Assembly: GCA_030390025.1 (NCBI GenBank)
Contig: CM059443.1
Coordinates: 8,308,001-8,372,000 of the forward strand
DNA length: 64,000 nucleotides
Direction: 5' to 3'
Source: Squalus acanthias
Taxonomy: Eukaryota
Shown piece by piece: positions 24,541 through 35,297 of the stretch. The stretch's first letter is position 1. Each line of letters opens with the position of its first letter. The notes beneath the pieces were generated by a model. It had not been told where the DNA came from. It saw nothing but the letters and a program-made list of their open reading frames with translations, and ran no database searches. Both the position numbers and the translations under genes were made by a program.

Positions 24541-25689
24541 TCACCTCATGAAGGTGTTGGCTACTAGCAGTTCCCGAGCAGCCTTGCTTTCGGCAGCACT
24601 TGGCTCCTCCATGTCAGGCCTGGCCTCAGGCACATAGGCATCGTCCATGTCCTCCATTTCAGTATTGAGCTCCTCTGCAGCGTTAAGGGTCAGTCCTTCC
24701 CGTAGGGCAAAGTTATGCAAAGCACAACAGGCCACCACAATCCTGGCCACTTTCAGAGGAGAATACTGCAAGGTCCCCCCTGACCTGTCCAGGCACCGGA
24801 AGCGTGATTTCAGAAGCAGGATTGTCCTCGCCACCACTTGCCGTGTGGACACGTGTGCCTGGTTGTATCTCTCCTGAGCCTCATTATTGGTCTTGTGGTA
24901 GGGAGTCATCAGCCATGGTTTTAGCGGGTAGCCCTTGTCGCCCAATATCCATGCGGATCCTGGAGGCAATGTGCTGAGGGTGCCATATAAGTCCGAGTGA
25001 CAGAGGACGAAGGAGTCATGAGCACTTCCCCGGTGATCTGCATTCACGTTTAGGATCTTGAGTTGCGCATCACAGACTATCATAACATTTAAGGAATGAT
25101 ACCCCTTCCTGTTGATGTATGTCACAGGTGCAACAATTGGTGCCTTCAATGCAACATGGGTTCCATCGACGGCCCCAATCACTTTGGGGAATCCAGCAAT
25201 GCTACAAAATGCAAGGGCCCTCTCCTTTTGATGCTGAGTGGACAAGTCAAAGTCTATGAACTCTGAAGCCCTACGGAAAATGGCATCTGTGACCTGGTGA
25301 ATGCAGGCCAACGCAGCACTCTGGGAGATGTTCGAAATGTCACCGGTGCCTGCCTGAAATGACCCACTTGCAAAGAAGTTCAATGCTGTGGTTACCTTCA
25401 TGTTCACTGACAAGGCAGTGCGGGTCTTCGAGCGTGTTTGAAGGTCCTCCTTTAACATGTCACATAGTCGGCCTATTGCCTCTTTACTAAAGCGCAGCCT
25501 CCTCACACACAACTCCTCCGACAGCGTCTCAAACGACAGCCTCCCCCTGTACACTCTCTGGGGTGGGTAGTAGTTCCTCCTGATCAGGAGACGGTTATGG
25601 TTCCTCAGTCTTTTTTGTTGTTCCCTGGCGTTTTTGATTCTATGATCCAGAATCACACCGAGGATCAGGGCAACATCGTCAAAGGGCAT
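24541..25689 (-). CDS. PIF/Harbinger DDE transposase (HARBI1-like family), uninterrupted 382 aa, third catalytic residue E->A
   Basis: RLRFSKEAIGRLC, ALNFFASGSFQ (HTH), GFPKVIGAVDGTHV, YINRKGYHSLNV, GSAHDS, LGDKGYPL, RQVVARTILLLKSRFRCLD, CCALHN. Confidence 0.93.
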   Translation of the reverse strand: MPFDDVALILGVILDHRIKNAREQQKRLRNHNRLLIRRNYYPPQRVYRGRLSFETLSEELCVRRLRFSKEAIGRLCDMLKEDLQTRSKTRTALSVNMKVTTALNFFASGSFQAGTGDISNISQSAALACIHQVTDAIFRRASEFIDFDLSTQHQKERALAFCSIAGFPKVIGAVDGTHVALKAPIVAPVTYINRKGYHSLNVMIVCDAQLKILNVNADHRGSAHDSFVLCHSDLYGTLSTLPPGSAWILGDKGYPLKPWLMTPYHKTNNEAQERYNQAHVSTRQVVARTILLLKSRFRCLDRSGGTLQYSPLKVARIVVACCALHNFALREGLTLNAAEELNTEMEDMDDAYVPEARPDMEEPSAAESKAARELLVANTFMR

Positions 25690-26379
25690 GTTTCTCCCTC
25701 ACAGGCTTCCTCTTTAAACGGATGAAGTACATGTAAGGAAAAAAATGGAAAGAGTTGTAAAAGTAATTTTAATAAAGTGAGTGGCTGGAAATTCACGTCG
25801 GGCTATGGTGGGAAACGTGCGGTATCGGATCGGGCGCACGTCATACCCGCCTGATGAATATCGCGGCCCGAGATGATTTTCTATGAACTTTAACATTTTC
25901 ACAAAGTCATACATACAATTTTTAAAGGGCATAGAAAAGTTAACATATAACTAATTCATATATTCTGGCATAATCATTTAAAACATTAGCAAATGTGAAA
26001 TAAGTCATTTTTAAAGTCATTTTCACATTTTTTTAAAATGAAATCTAATTCAATAGAATGCTTACCTTGCCCACAGCGAGAGTTGCTCTTTAATTTACCT
26101 GCACTCCCCTCAAAACAAGATCCAAAACCAATAAAGTATTTAACAAATTAAAGTTGTTAAAAACTTACATCAGGCTTTCTACCAAAAAAAAAACTTTGCT
26201 CACTTTCACAGTTAAAAATGTCACGTTTCCAAACCCCCTGCTAAAAAAAAAGGTCTTCTTCCTGCAGCTTCTTCTGGCAGGATGCAGGCTGTAGGCCTGC
26301 TGTCACTGGTCGCAGCTGTTTGGGACCAAACCTGATCTCAAGCACTGGAGAAATCATCGGAACTCTCAGCCGGTGGGGC

Positions 26380-26719
26380 TCCCTGTCCTGCGCATGCGGA
26401 GCGGAAACGCCCGCAGAGGTCGGAAAATACGGCCCAATGTTCCCCCCCCCTCCTTCCTCTTCATGGGGCCCATCGTCCTGGAGCCATGAGAGGCCGGAAC
26501 TAAAACCGAAGTCCCGTTTGACCAGTCGGACACAGTTAGAGCGCCCTCCGTGTGCGTCCCCGAGCTTGCGGGAGGAGGCGGGCTGATTGGCGGGGATTTT
26601 AACCAATAGGGAAGCGGTAAATGGAAAGGCGGATGAGCTGGTCCAATGGGCGTGGTGCGGGGGCGGGGCTGTGGGCGGGGATTTGGTTGGCGCGGAGCGG
26701 GAGGCGGAGCTGCTGAAAG
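26380..26719 (+). promoter_or_regulatory. YJU2 CpG-rich TATA-less promoter
   Basis: Three CCAAT/ATTGG boxes (about 26586, 26603, 26643), GC boxes GGGGCGGGG (about 26660, 26673), NRF1-like TGCGCATGCG (26389), high CpG density, directly upstream of the ATG. Confidence 0.8.
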
Positions 26720-26743
26720 ATGTCGGAGCGGAAGGTGTTGAAT
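26720..26743 (+). CDS. YJU2: YJU2 splicing factor (CCDC94) exon 1
   Basis: MSERKVLN|gtgagt, matching the vertebrate YJU2 N-terminus. Confidence 0.95.
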
Positions 26744-27009
26744 GTGAGTGCGGCTTCCGAAGGGGTTTTTTTATTCGCCCACCGCCCGGCCTTCGGCGGC
26801 TCACTCCAGGACCCGAGCTCCTGACCTTGGCTGGCGCTCCAGCGCTGAGCGAGTGCCGTGTTGTTGGAGGCAGTGTGGGGCCGGGCCGGGGGCTGGGCCT
26901 GGGCCGGGCTGAGGTGTTGTTGTAGAGAGCCGGCACAGGGCCGAGTGGCCTCCTTCTGTGCTGTTTTAGATCATAACCTCAGCCCCTATCACATTTATAT
27001 TTTATTTTT

Positions 27010-27360
27010 TCATCCACCCTTTTGTTTGCCCCCCCCCTTTTTTCCCTCCCAGAAGCTGGCAGCTGTCCTTCATTCTGACAGTGCATTTCACACTTTTAGC
27101 CTCAACCTGTCACATTAACACCTCCTCTTGCCTTGATCATCTCTTAATGTCTCCTTTTGTTCTTTCATCCCCCCCCCCTTTTCCCAGCTTTATCCTTGCC
27201 TTAAATCTATTTCATTTCCTGCTATTTCCAGTTCTGACGAAAGGTCTTCGACCTGAAACGTTAACTCTGTTTCTCTCTCCACGGATGCTGCCTGGCCTGC
27301 TGAGTTTTTTCAGCGTTTTCTGTTGTTATTTCGGATTTCCAGCATCCGCAGTATTTTGCT
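27010..27360 (+). mobile_element. Second Penelope-like family 3' end with minimal hammerhead (27230-27266)
   Basis: AGTT-CTGACGA-A-AGGTC-ttc-GACCT-GAAA-CG-TT-AACT followed by ctctctccacggatgctgcctggcctgctgag; related copies at 51440, 58780 and 60640. Confidence 0.75.
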
Positions 27361-27587
27361 ATCGTCCTTCTGTGCTGTAACCATTCTGTGATTCCTTGTC
27401 CCTCCAGCAGGGAGTTTCCTCCTGGTGCCCCTGGTCACTGTTACACCCTGAATCATTGCTGCCCAAAACAGGTCATCCATCTCACTGGCTGCTTGTTTAT
27501 TTACCGTGGGCTGTTTTATCTATGTAACAACAGTGACTACATTTCAAAAGTACTTCATTGGTCAGGTTGGACACTGTAAATGCCAGT

Positions 27588-28860
27588 TAGGAACCGGAGT
27601 CGACCATTCAGCCCCTCGAGCCTGTTCCGCCATTCAGTGAGATCATGGCTGATCTGCGACCTAACTCCATATACTCGCCTTTGGCCCATATCCCTTAATA
27701 TCTTTGGTTAACAAAAATCTATCAATCTCATTTAAATTTACCAATTGATCTAGCATCAATTATATTATCCTCATTGAGTGCACTTCCAGAACAATTATAC
27801 ACTTAATGGCACAGTTTTAAAGAGTGTGCAGGGACAGAGGGACCTGGGAGTTAATGTGTATAGGTCCCTGAAGGTGGCAGGACATATTGAGAGCGTGGTT
27901 AGCAAAGCATATGGGATCTTGGGCTTCATAAATAGAGGTATTGAGTACAAAAGTAGAGAAGTTATGCTGAACCTTTATAAAGTGCTGGTTAGGCCACAAC
28001 TGGAGTATTGCGCCCAGTTCTAGGTTACCACACTTTAGGAAGGATGTGAAGGCCCTTGAGAGGGTGCAGAGGCGATTTACCAGAATGGTTCTGGGGATGG
28101 GGGATCTTAGCTACAAGGACAGGTTGGAGAAGCTGGATTTGTTTTCATTAGAGCAAAGGAGGTTGAGGGGTGATTTGATAGAGGTGTACAAGATTATGAC
28201 GGGTTTGGATAGGCTAGACGGGGAAAGACTGTTCCCACTAGTTGATGGTACAAGGACTAGGGGACACAGATTTAAGGTTTTGGGCAAGAGATACAGGGGA
28301 GATGTGAGAAAAAACTTTTTTACGCAGCGAGTGGCGATGACCTGGAACGCGCTGCTGACGGAAGTGGTGGAAGTGGAGACACTCAATGTTTTCAAGGGGA
28401 GACTGGATAGGCACTTGAGGGAAATAAACTTGCAGGGCTATGGGGATAGAGCAGGGGAATGGGACTGACTGGATTGCTCTACAGAGAGCCAGCACGGACT
28501 CGATGGGCCGAATGGCCTCCTTCTGTGCCGTAATGACTCTGACTCAATTGCCATTTGTTTTACCACCCTTTGTGTGTAGAAGGTTTCTAATTTCACTCCT
28601 GAAAGGCCTGGCTCTAATTTTTAGACTATGCCCCCCCAGTCCTAAACTCCCCAACCAGCAGAAATAGTTTCTCTCTGTCTACCCTATCTGTTCCCTTAAT
28701 GTCTTAAACTTCGATCAAATCACCCCTTAACCTTCTAAATTCCAGGGAATTCATCCCTAGTTTGTGTAATCTCTCCTCATGATTTAACCCCTGGAGTCCG
28801 GGTATCATTCTGGTAAACCTACGCTGCGCTCTCTCCAAGGCCAATGTTAGTTCTTTCTAA
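27588..28860. mobile_element. CR1 (+, 27763-28543) nested inside a CR1 3' end (-)
   Basis: Inner ORFs RDLGV..LVRPQLEYCAQF and LERVQRRFTRM; host halves rejoin across duplicated tcaatt. Confidence 0.88.
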
Positions 28861-29753
28861 TCGCAGACACTTCCATTCACTCATGGGGTTTGCATTTGTG
28901 TGTGGTTGTCCTGGAAGTGTAGGCATTGCACTCGATGAGGATAAGTTTAATACAAAGCGGTGAAGATATCCAATGTTCAGTAGTTCTGGAAAAATCAAGT
29001 ACAAGTAAAGTGTTTGCCTAGTGGGGCAGGGGGCATTGTTCTGACTCCACACGCATACACTTCCAATAAAAGTCGCTGAGGCACCATGCCGCAGATCCAG
29101 TGAATAACTCAACCCAGACTGGCGATCAAAACTGGGACCTTTTGGTCCGTTTGGCTCATCCATCAGGGATGTCCTTGAGAAGCCATTTCAGTCTAATGAC
29201 GAGATCTATTTGTGCTCATGGTAACATATAACCTGCAATTCTGGTTGAACTTTACCACGAAAATCAGCTTGACCAATCTAGTTATTGCACTTGCCAGTAA
29301 ATAGCCAAGGGTCAAGGTTCACATCCAGGGCAAACTAGGTGCAATGGGTTAGACAGTGATGTTTCACCCCTGGGATCTGAGTTCAAATCCAGTCCAAACT
29401 GATGGATAAATGTCTGCTGGCTGGAAGAGCTCAATGTGAAGGCAGTTTCTTTCCAGTTCCTAATCTATATTGACCTAATGCACAAAACTGCAATTCATTT
29501 GGCACTAATTGGCAGAGTCACTCAGACAGGCCAAAGGATGGGATTGGTAAAAAAAAATCACACTGCTTCGGTGCTGTTCTGAGAACAGAGCGGAGGGAGT
29601 CAGTCTGCATCTGACTGCTATACTTGACCTAGATGCTTGATGCTGTCACTGGGTTCCCAACATCTGTCATCTTGATGAGCATACAAAACATTTTAGAGAC
29701 AATTTAATTCCTTAAACATTCACCATTTATTGTGCTGCTTCTCCCTCCCCTAG

Positions 29754-29854
29754 AAATACTACCCACCGGACTTCGATCCGTCAAAGATCCCAAAACTCAA
29801 ACTTCCCAAAGATCGACAGTATGTGGTCCGATTAATGGCTCCTTTCAACATGAG
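29754..29854 (+). CDS. YJU2: YJU2 exon 2
   Basis: tag|[33 protein letters not shown](R)|gtaggt. Confidence 0.97.
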
Positions 29855-31954
29855 GTAGGTACATGCAGCTCATCAGCATTTCACCTGCTAACCAGTTTTG
29901 TACTCCAAAAGAAAATGTTTGCAACTACATTAATGCGATTGCTTTATTACAGACTTTAATAACAGAAAATGAAGTATATGATTAACAATCGGTGCTGATT
30001 GCTTGATGCAAGGTCTCCGCTACACCTCAAATACTGTGACCCACAATCTGTCCCAGTATCCTGAGATGGCTGCCAAACTCCGTTTTTATTCCCAATCTAA
30101 GGAGAGATTTTTATCAGTTATCTGATCTCTTCCTCCCCTGACTTTTAATTACTCAGCTCTTCGACCCAGTTCTTTTTGTTATTTATTAATTCAGCTACAT
30201 AACAGTCACCGCGCTTCAAACTAATTCAGTGCTTCGAGATGTTTCAGAGAGATATGACAAGGCGATATATAAACGCTTTTATCTTCTGTTATCTCGAAGC
30301 TGTGGAACACTTCATCTTCCTTAGTCTTTCTTTCCCTCGACAATCAACAGGCTTTTCAAACCCAAGCTTCCCATCACCTAACCGCTACCTCTCGACTTGC
30401 TGCTTTTCAGCATGCATCAAACGGAGTTTTTGATGAAGCAAAACATGGCTCTATGAGCCTTCCCACTGTCTTACCTCAGACTTGTCATTTCCAAGTGATT
30501 TGAAGCAATCGGTAGCAGTGGTCATGTTTATTCCCAGTCTGCACTGCTCCTACGGACACATCTGTCCTTCACAATCAATACAAAAGCCTAAGGACAGAAG
30601 GGTGATCCTGTACCATATCGATTGACAGTGACACTCGCCATCTGCTTTAACCAGGAGATGGTCATTCTGACATTGTGCACCTAACTAGCTTTAGAAAAAC
30701 AAAACTTATTATTGGTGGTCCAACTATCAGTGATAACAATGGAGCTTCCTCTCGCCGCTGGCAACCTTAACACATCACAAGCCTGAGGTGTCTGGCCAAC
30801 CAATCTGGGCTTGATGAGGGGCTGCTTATAGACGGACGTAAACAAAGACAGACTGATCTCCCCCCTCACCACACCCCCTTTCACGCTAGTCCTTCGTAAA
30901 CACAACAGCGGGTCTCTGCCAGCGAGAAGTAATTTTAAAATTGTCGCAATACTAGACAGAGCTACACGTTCCCATATAAATATATAATCTGGAGATTATG
31001 ATCTGAATTATGGGTGCATCACCATGTTAAACTGCGGCCCTGTCTACCTACACAGGTGAATGTAAAATATCCTCGACACTGTTCACAGAAGAGCAGAGAG
31101 CTCTCCCAGTGTCCTGGGCCAACATTCTTCCCTCAACTAACACCACCAAAACAAAAAACAGATTAACTAGCCCTTCATCTCATTTAGTGTTTGCACCTTG
31201 CTGGATAGCTGCCACATTGGCTTGCATAACTGCAGTCACTGCACTCCAACATAATGAGACATGATATGAATACCACTATTAATGGCTTTCATGTCTTATT
31301 ATTTTAATTATATTTTCAAAGTAACTTGTAAATGCACCTGTTTTTCACTGCTTCTAGGGGCCTGCCCTTTCTGGAGCAGGGATCCCACTGCTTAACATTA
31401 GCTGCTGATTGGCTAAAAAGACTTTTAACGGTTGCTTTTTTCCAACCAATCAAGGGTAAGTATTATATACTTTGACCTGCCCACGTTATTGAAATGCCCA
31501 GGTCAAACCCCGGGTGTGTTTCAAGCGCAATATGAGACGCTGCAGCCTCTCGCCAGGTTTGCTTGGTGGTAACAGGTGGCGCTGCAATGAGATACCTCCT
31601 CTTTGGTGTCTGAAGGGTTAAGAATATTTCTGCTGATTGTTCCTTTCATTAAATGCAAGAAAATTACTTTTCACAACAAGAGAGAATTTAACTTTGTGTA
31701 TTTTAAAAAGTGTAGACTTGGGGGCAGTTTGATCGAGGTTTATAAATAACGAAGGGACTAGATTGTGTTGATGTGGACCAATTATTTCAACTGGATGGGT
31801 TAAGGAGGACCAAGAATCAAGCTTACAATTTATGTAAGGCGGAACGAGGTTGGGTGTTAGGCAGTTCTCGGAGAATAGTGGACCTGTGGAACAGGCTGCC
31901 GGCTCATGTGGTGAACACTGATTCACTGATTGGATATGCTGGGCTTAATTTCTT

Positions 31955-32790
31955 TGGAACAGAGAAGGTTGAGGGGAGACTTAATTGCAGTGTATAAAAT
32001 TATGAGGGGTCTAGATAGAGTGGATAGGAAGGACCTATTTCCCTTAGCAGAGAGGTCAATTACCAGCACGGTGGCATAGTGGTTAGCACTGGTGCCTCAC
32101 AGCGCCAGAGACCCGGGTTCGAATCTGACCTCGGGTGACTGTCTGTGTGGAGTTTGCACATTCTCCCAGTGTCTGCGTGGGTTTCCTCCGGGTGCTCCGG
32201 TTTCCTCCCACAGTCCAAAAATGTGCGGGTTAGGTTGATTTGGCTATGATAAATTGACCCTTAGTGTTAGGGGGGGATTAAATATGTGGGGTTATGGGGA
32301 TAGGATGGGATATGTTAGGGGGAATTAAATACGTGTGGTTACGGGGGTAGGGTGGGATATGTGTACTGTGGGGATTAAAGCAGGGACAGGGTACTGGATT
32401 TGGATGATCAGCCATGATCGTATTGAATGGTGGAGCAGGCTCGACGGGCCGAATGGCCTACTCCTGCTCCTAGATTCTATGTTTCTATGTTTCTATGTTT
32501 ACCAGGGGACATAGATTTAAAGTAATTGGTAGAAGAATTAGAGCAGAGTTGAGAATCTTTTTCACCCAGAGGACAGTGGGGGTCTGGAACTCACTGCCTG
32601 AAAGGATGGTAGAGGCAGAAACGCTCATTGCGTTTATAAAGTACTTGGATATGCACTTGAAGCGCCGTAACCTACAAGGCTACGGACCAAGAGCTGCAAA
32701 GTGGGATTAGGCTGGACGGCTCTTTTTCGACCGGCGCAGACACAATGGGCCAAATGGCCTCCTTCTGTGCCGTAAATGTCTATGATTCTG
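31955..32790 (+). mobile_element. CR1 3' fragment split by an HE1 SINE
   Basis: RGHRFKVIGRR..FFTQRTVGVWNSLP motifs. Confidence 0.8.
32066..32499 (+). mobile_element. HE1-type V-SINE
   Basis: tRNA head (tggcatagtgg; ggttcgaatc), V domain ctgtgtggagtttgcacattctccc...ggtttcctccgggtgctccggtttcctcccaca, CR1-like tail (tttctatg)n, TSD ttaccag. Confidence 0.92.
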
Positions 32791-33058
32791 TTCCTTCAAG
32801 GGAGAGCTGGACCTGTTTGTGGCTGGGGCAGAGATCACCTCGTGCAAAAGTTAGATGTCCTGTAACGTCGTTTTGTTTCCCGAATTGACCTGAGTTTTTA
32901 TCTGGTTTTTCGCCACTCCCAGGAGATTACGTGTCTCCCGATGGAGAGGGAGTGCCTGTATTGCGATGCATGGTGCATCACACCTGCATGGGACTGACTA
33001 GATGGACCATTGGCTCTTTTCCTGTCCATCATTTTCACATGTTCTTGTGTTGTGCCAG

Positions 33059-33203
33059 GTGTAAGACGTGTGGAGAGTACATCTACAAAGGCAAGAAGTT
33101 CAACGCACGTAAGGAAACTGTACAGAATGAAGTCTACCTGGGACTGCCCATCTTCCGCTTCTACATCAAGTGCACCAGATGTCTGGCAGAAATCACATTT
33201 AAA
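33059..33203 (+). CDS. YJU2: YJU2 exon 3 (zinc-binding CxxC motifs), GC donor
   Basis: cag|(R)[48 protein letters not shown]|gcaagt. Confidence 0.96.
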
Positions 33204-33444
33204 GCAAGTACCTCTACATCTCTCTACTTCATTTGTGTATAGTTCCCTCCCCCCCAGGTACTTCAACCAGGGCAGTCAGGAATGTAACTTTCTCCAGGAC
33301 TACAGTGAATGTTACGCCATATTATCAGCCCCCCCCCCCCCCCCATGTTCTCCACTCCTCTCCTGATGGCATTGATTCTGGCTGGCGTATGTATCCACGG
33401 GTACAGACCATAAGCTGCCTCAGTCAAGTGGCATTCTTCAAGTG

Positions 33445-33710
33445 TGAGAAGTCGCACAACACCAGGTTATAGTCCAACAGTTTTATTTGAAATCACAAGC
33501 TTTCGGAGCGCTGCTCCTTCATCAGGTGAAGTGAAGAGATGTATATCGGCACAGCATATACAGCCGATATACATCTCTTCACTTCACCTGACGAAGGAGC
33601 AGCGCTCCGAAAGCTTGCGATTTCAAATAAAACTGTTGGTCTATAACCTGGTGTTGTGCGACTTCTCACATTTGTCCACCCCAGTCCAACACCGGCATCT
33701 CCACATCATA
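33445..33710 (-). mobile_element. Non-coding palindromic Penelope-derived element with two opposed hammerheads
   Basis: 108-bp inverted arms (33443-33550 / 33563-33670), 12-nt spacer, about 40-nt unpaired tail, 9-bp TSD cttcaagtg. Confidence 0.9.
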
Positions 33711-34324
33711 CTTCAAGTGAACCTAGGTAGCAAGTGTTGTCAGAATATTTGACTGTTGATGCACATCACAGCCGAGTCTGATCCTGTACTCACCTATGTT
33801 AGTCTGTTCACACATGCGCTTGCCAGTACGAGTCCTTGGGTGATCAGGAGCAGGAACCCCTGGCTGATTTTTTCATTCCCTAGCCCGGGATGCTGAGGCC
33901 AGTTGCAGCATCCAAACGGCACCCTGGCTCAGATCGTGCGATTTGACACAGATTCAGCTCAGTGCCTCACTGGATGGCACGTTTACCCAGAGTGAGTGGA
34001 CAAGGATGGCTGATTGTGGGAAGTGGAAAATATTACACCAGTGCAGTAGGCACTGCAATTCTGAGATGGGGATTAAGGCACATTGTTGGAGATTAGCAGG
34101 AGCTTTACCCTGCATCTAGCCTGTACCTTACCTAAACTGGGAGTGATTGATGAGGCGGTGTCGAGGGAGCCTTACTCTGTGTCTAGCTTGTACTTCAACT
34201 GAACTGGGTGCTTGATGAGGACAACACGGGATCAACAAGAAATGTCGTATCCTCATATATTTTGTTCCTGAAAGCCAATTCCTTCTGCACAACCAGAAAT
34301 GATCAGTTATTACAGCCTGGTGAT

Positions 34325-34447
34325 CAATGTTCCCTCTCGTTTTTTTATCGTGCGCGGTCCCTTTAAATTTGCTTCCAGCTGTCTTTTCCAGCTTGTGAGT
34401 GACCTTCGCGGGACCTCCCGATTGGTGCCTCCTTAGGGGGAACATTA
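34325..34447. mobile_element. hAT-type MITE
   Basis: TIRs caatgttccctct / agggggaacatta with a perfect 8-bp TSD ctggtgat. Confidence 0.8.
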
Positions 34448-35297
34448 CTGGTGATCCTCCTGGATTTCAGCTTGGACGGTGTGTCTAACCTGGCAGTTAA
34501 TTAGCCGATACTCAAGCTAATTGCAAATAAATGACTTCACGTAAAATTCTATGTCCAAGCTGCAGTTGTTTAGTGGTTTCTAATGTACAAGGCAAGGTGT
34601 GACTTTTGGGGGTGGAGTGTAAGTTATTTATTTCAGCCCAATGTTTAGTGCTGAGTGTTACTATAGCAACACCCAGTGTCACGGGTCAGGGATACATGTA
34701 GCTTTGACTTTGATCAGAGCTCCTTCAAGAGGCTGCAGAGTCTTGTAGGGGACAGAGGGAGAAAACCAGAGCGAGAGAGAGAGAGCTGCATTGCCCAAAC
34801 TCGCAGTGTCACTTTCAACAAGTTATAATATCCTGTGTGAATGCCAAACATTGGGGTGGGGGAGGAACTAAATGAGACCTGTGAGTCACACATGGGTGGT
34901 CCATAAGTTGGGGCAGTGCCAGCTGTAGGGAACATTGTCTATGGGCTTGGAGCAAACTTTGTGCCAACCCCACAGCTCCAGATGTGTCATGCCCAGGAGA
35001 CAAAAGAATAAGGGACCTAAAAATAGCAGAACGTCTCTTCCCCAAATCCCCAAAAATGGAGAGCTTGAAGAAATGCCCCCAATTTCCGCCCTCCTCTCCT
35101 GAAGGTGCTGACTCCTACTAGTGTGTAGTTTCACAGACACCAGCAGTCTACTCTTGATGGTAATTAAGTCATTTGTTTTGCACTAAGAAACATTTGAATC
35201 ATCTAATAATTTTAATTAAGCAGCGTCAATAATACAGCGAAGTGGGAATTTAGTGCTAAAGAAAATTTAATTATCAGATAATTTAAATTAAGCAACT

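Larger units (their letters stand above)
20602..26450. mobile_element. Harbinger element C: two convergent genes (Myb-partner +, transposase -)
   Basis: Left end taa|GGGGGAAAAATTGGG; candidate right end CCCAATGTTCCCCCC (13/15 inverted match, no TAA TSD, so the right boundary is uncertain); GC-rich left subterminal region with repeated (t/c)AGCGCC motifs. Confidence 0.75.

Noticed and set aside
24541-25689. Calling the transposase the host gene HARBI1
   Set aside because: The N-terminus does not match HARBI1 as I recall it (MAIPITVLDCDLLL...), and the ORF sits within a TIR-bounded element beside a Myb partner and related decayed copies
26241-26936. 231-aa Pro/Ser-rich minus-strand ORF and overlapping plus-strand ORFs
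   Set aside because: Expected by chance in a GC-rich promoter; no domain motif, and it overlaps YJU2 exon 1
32066-32135. tRNA genes at A/B-box motifs (also near 55020, 56305, 62005, 13750)
   Set aside because: Each continues into a SINE body and LINE-like tail; they are SINE heads
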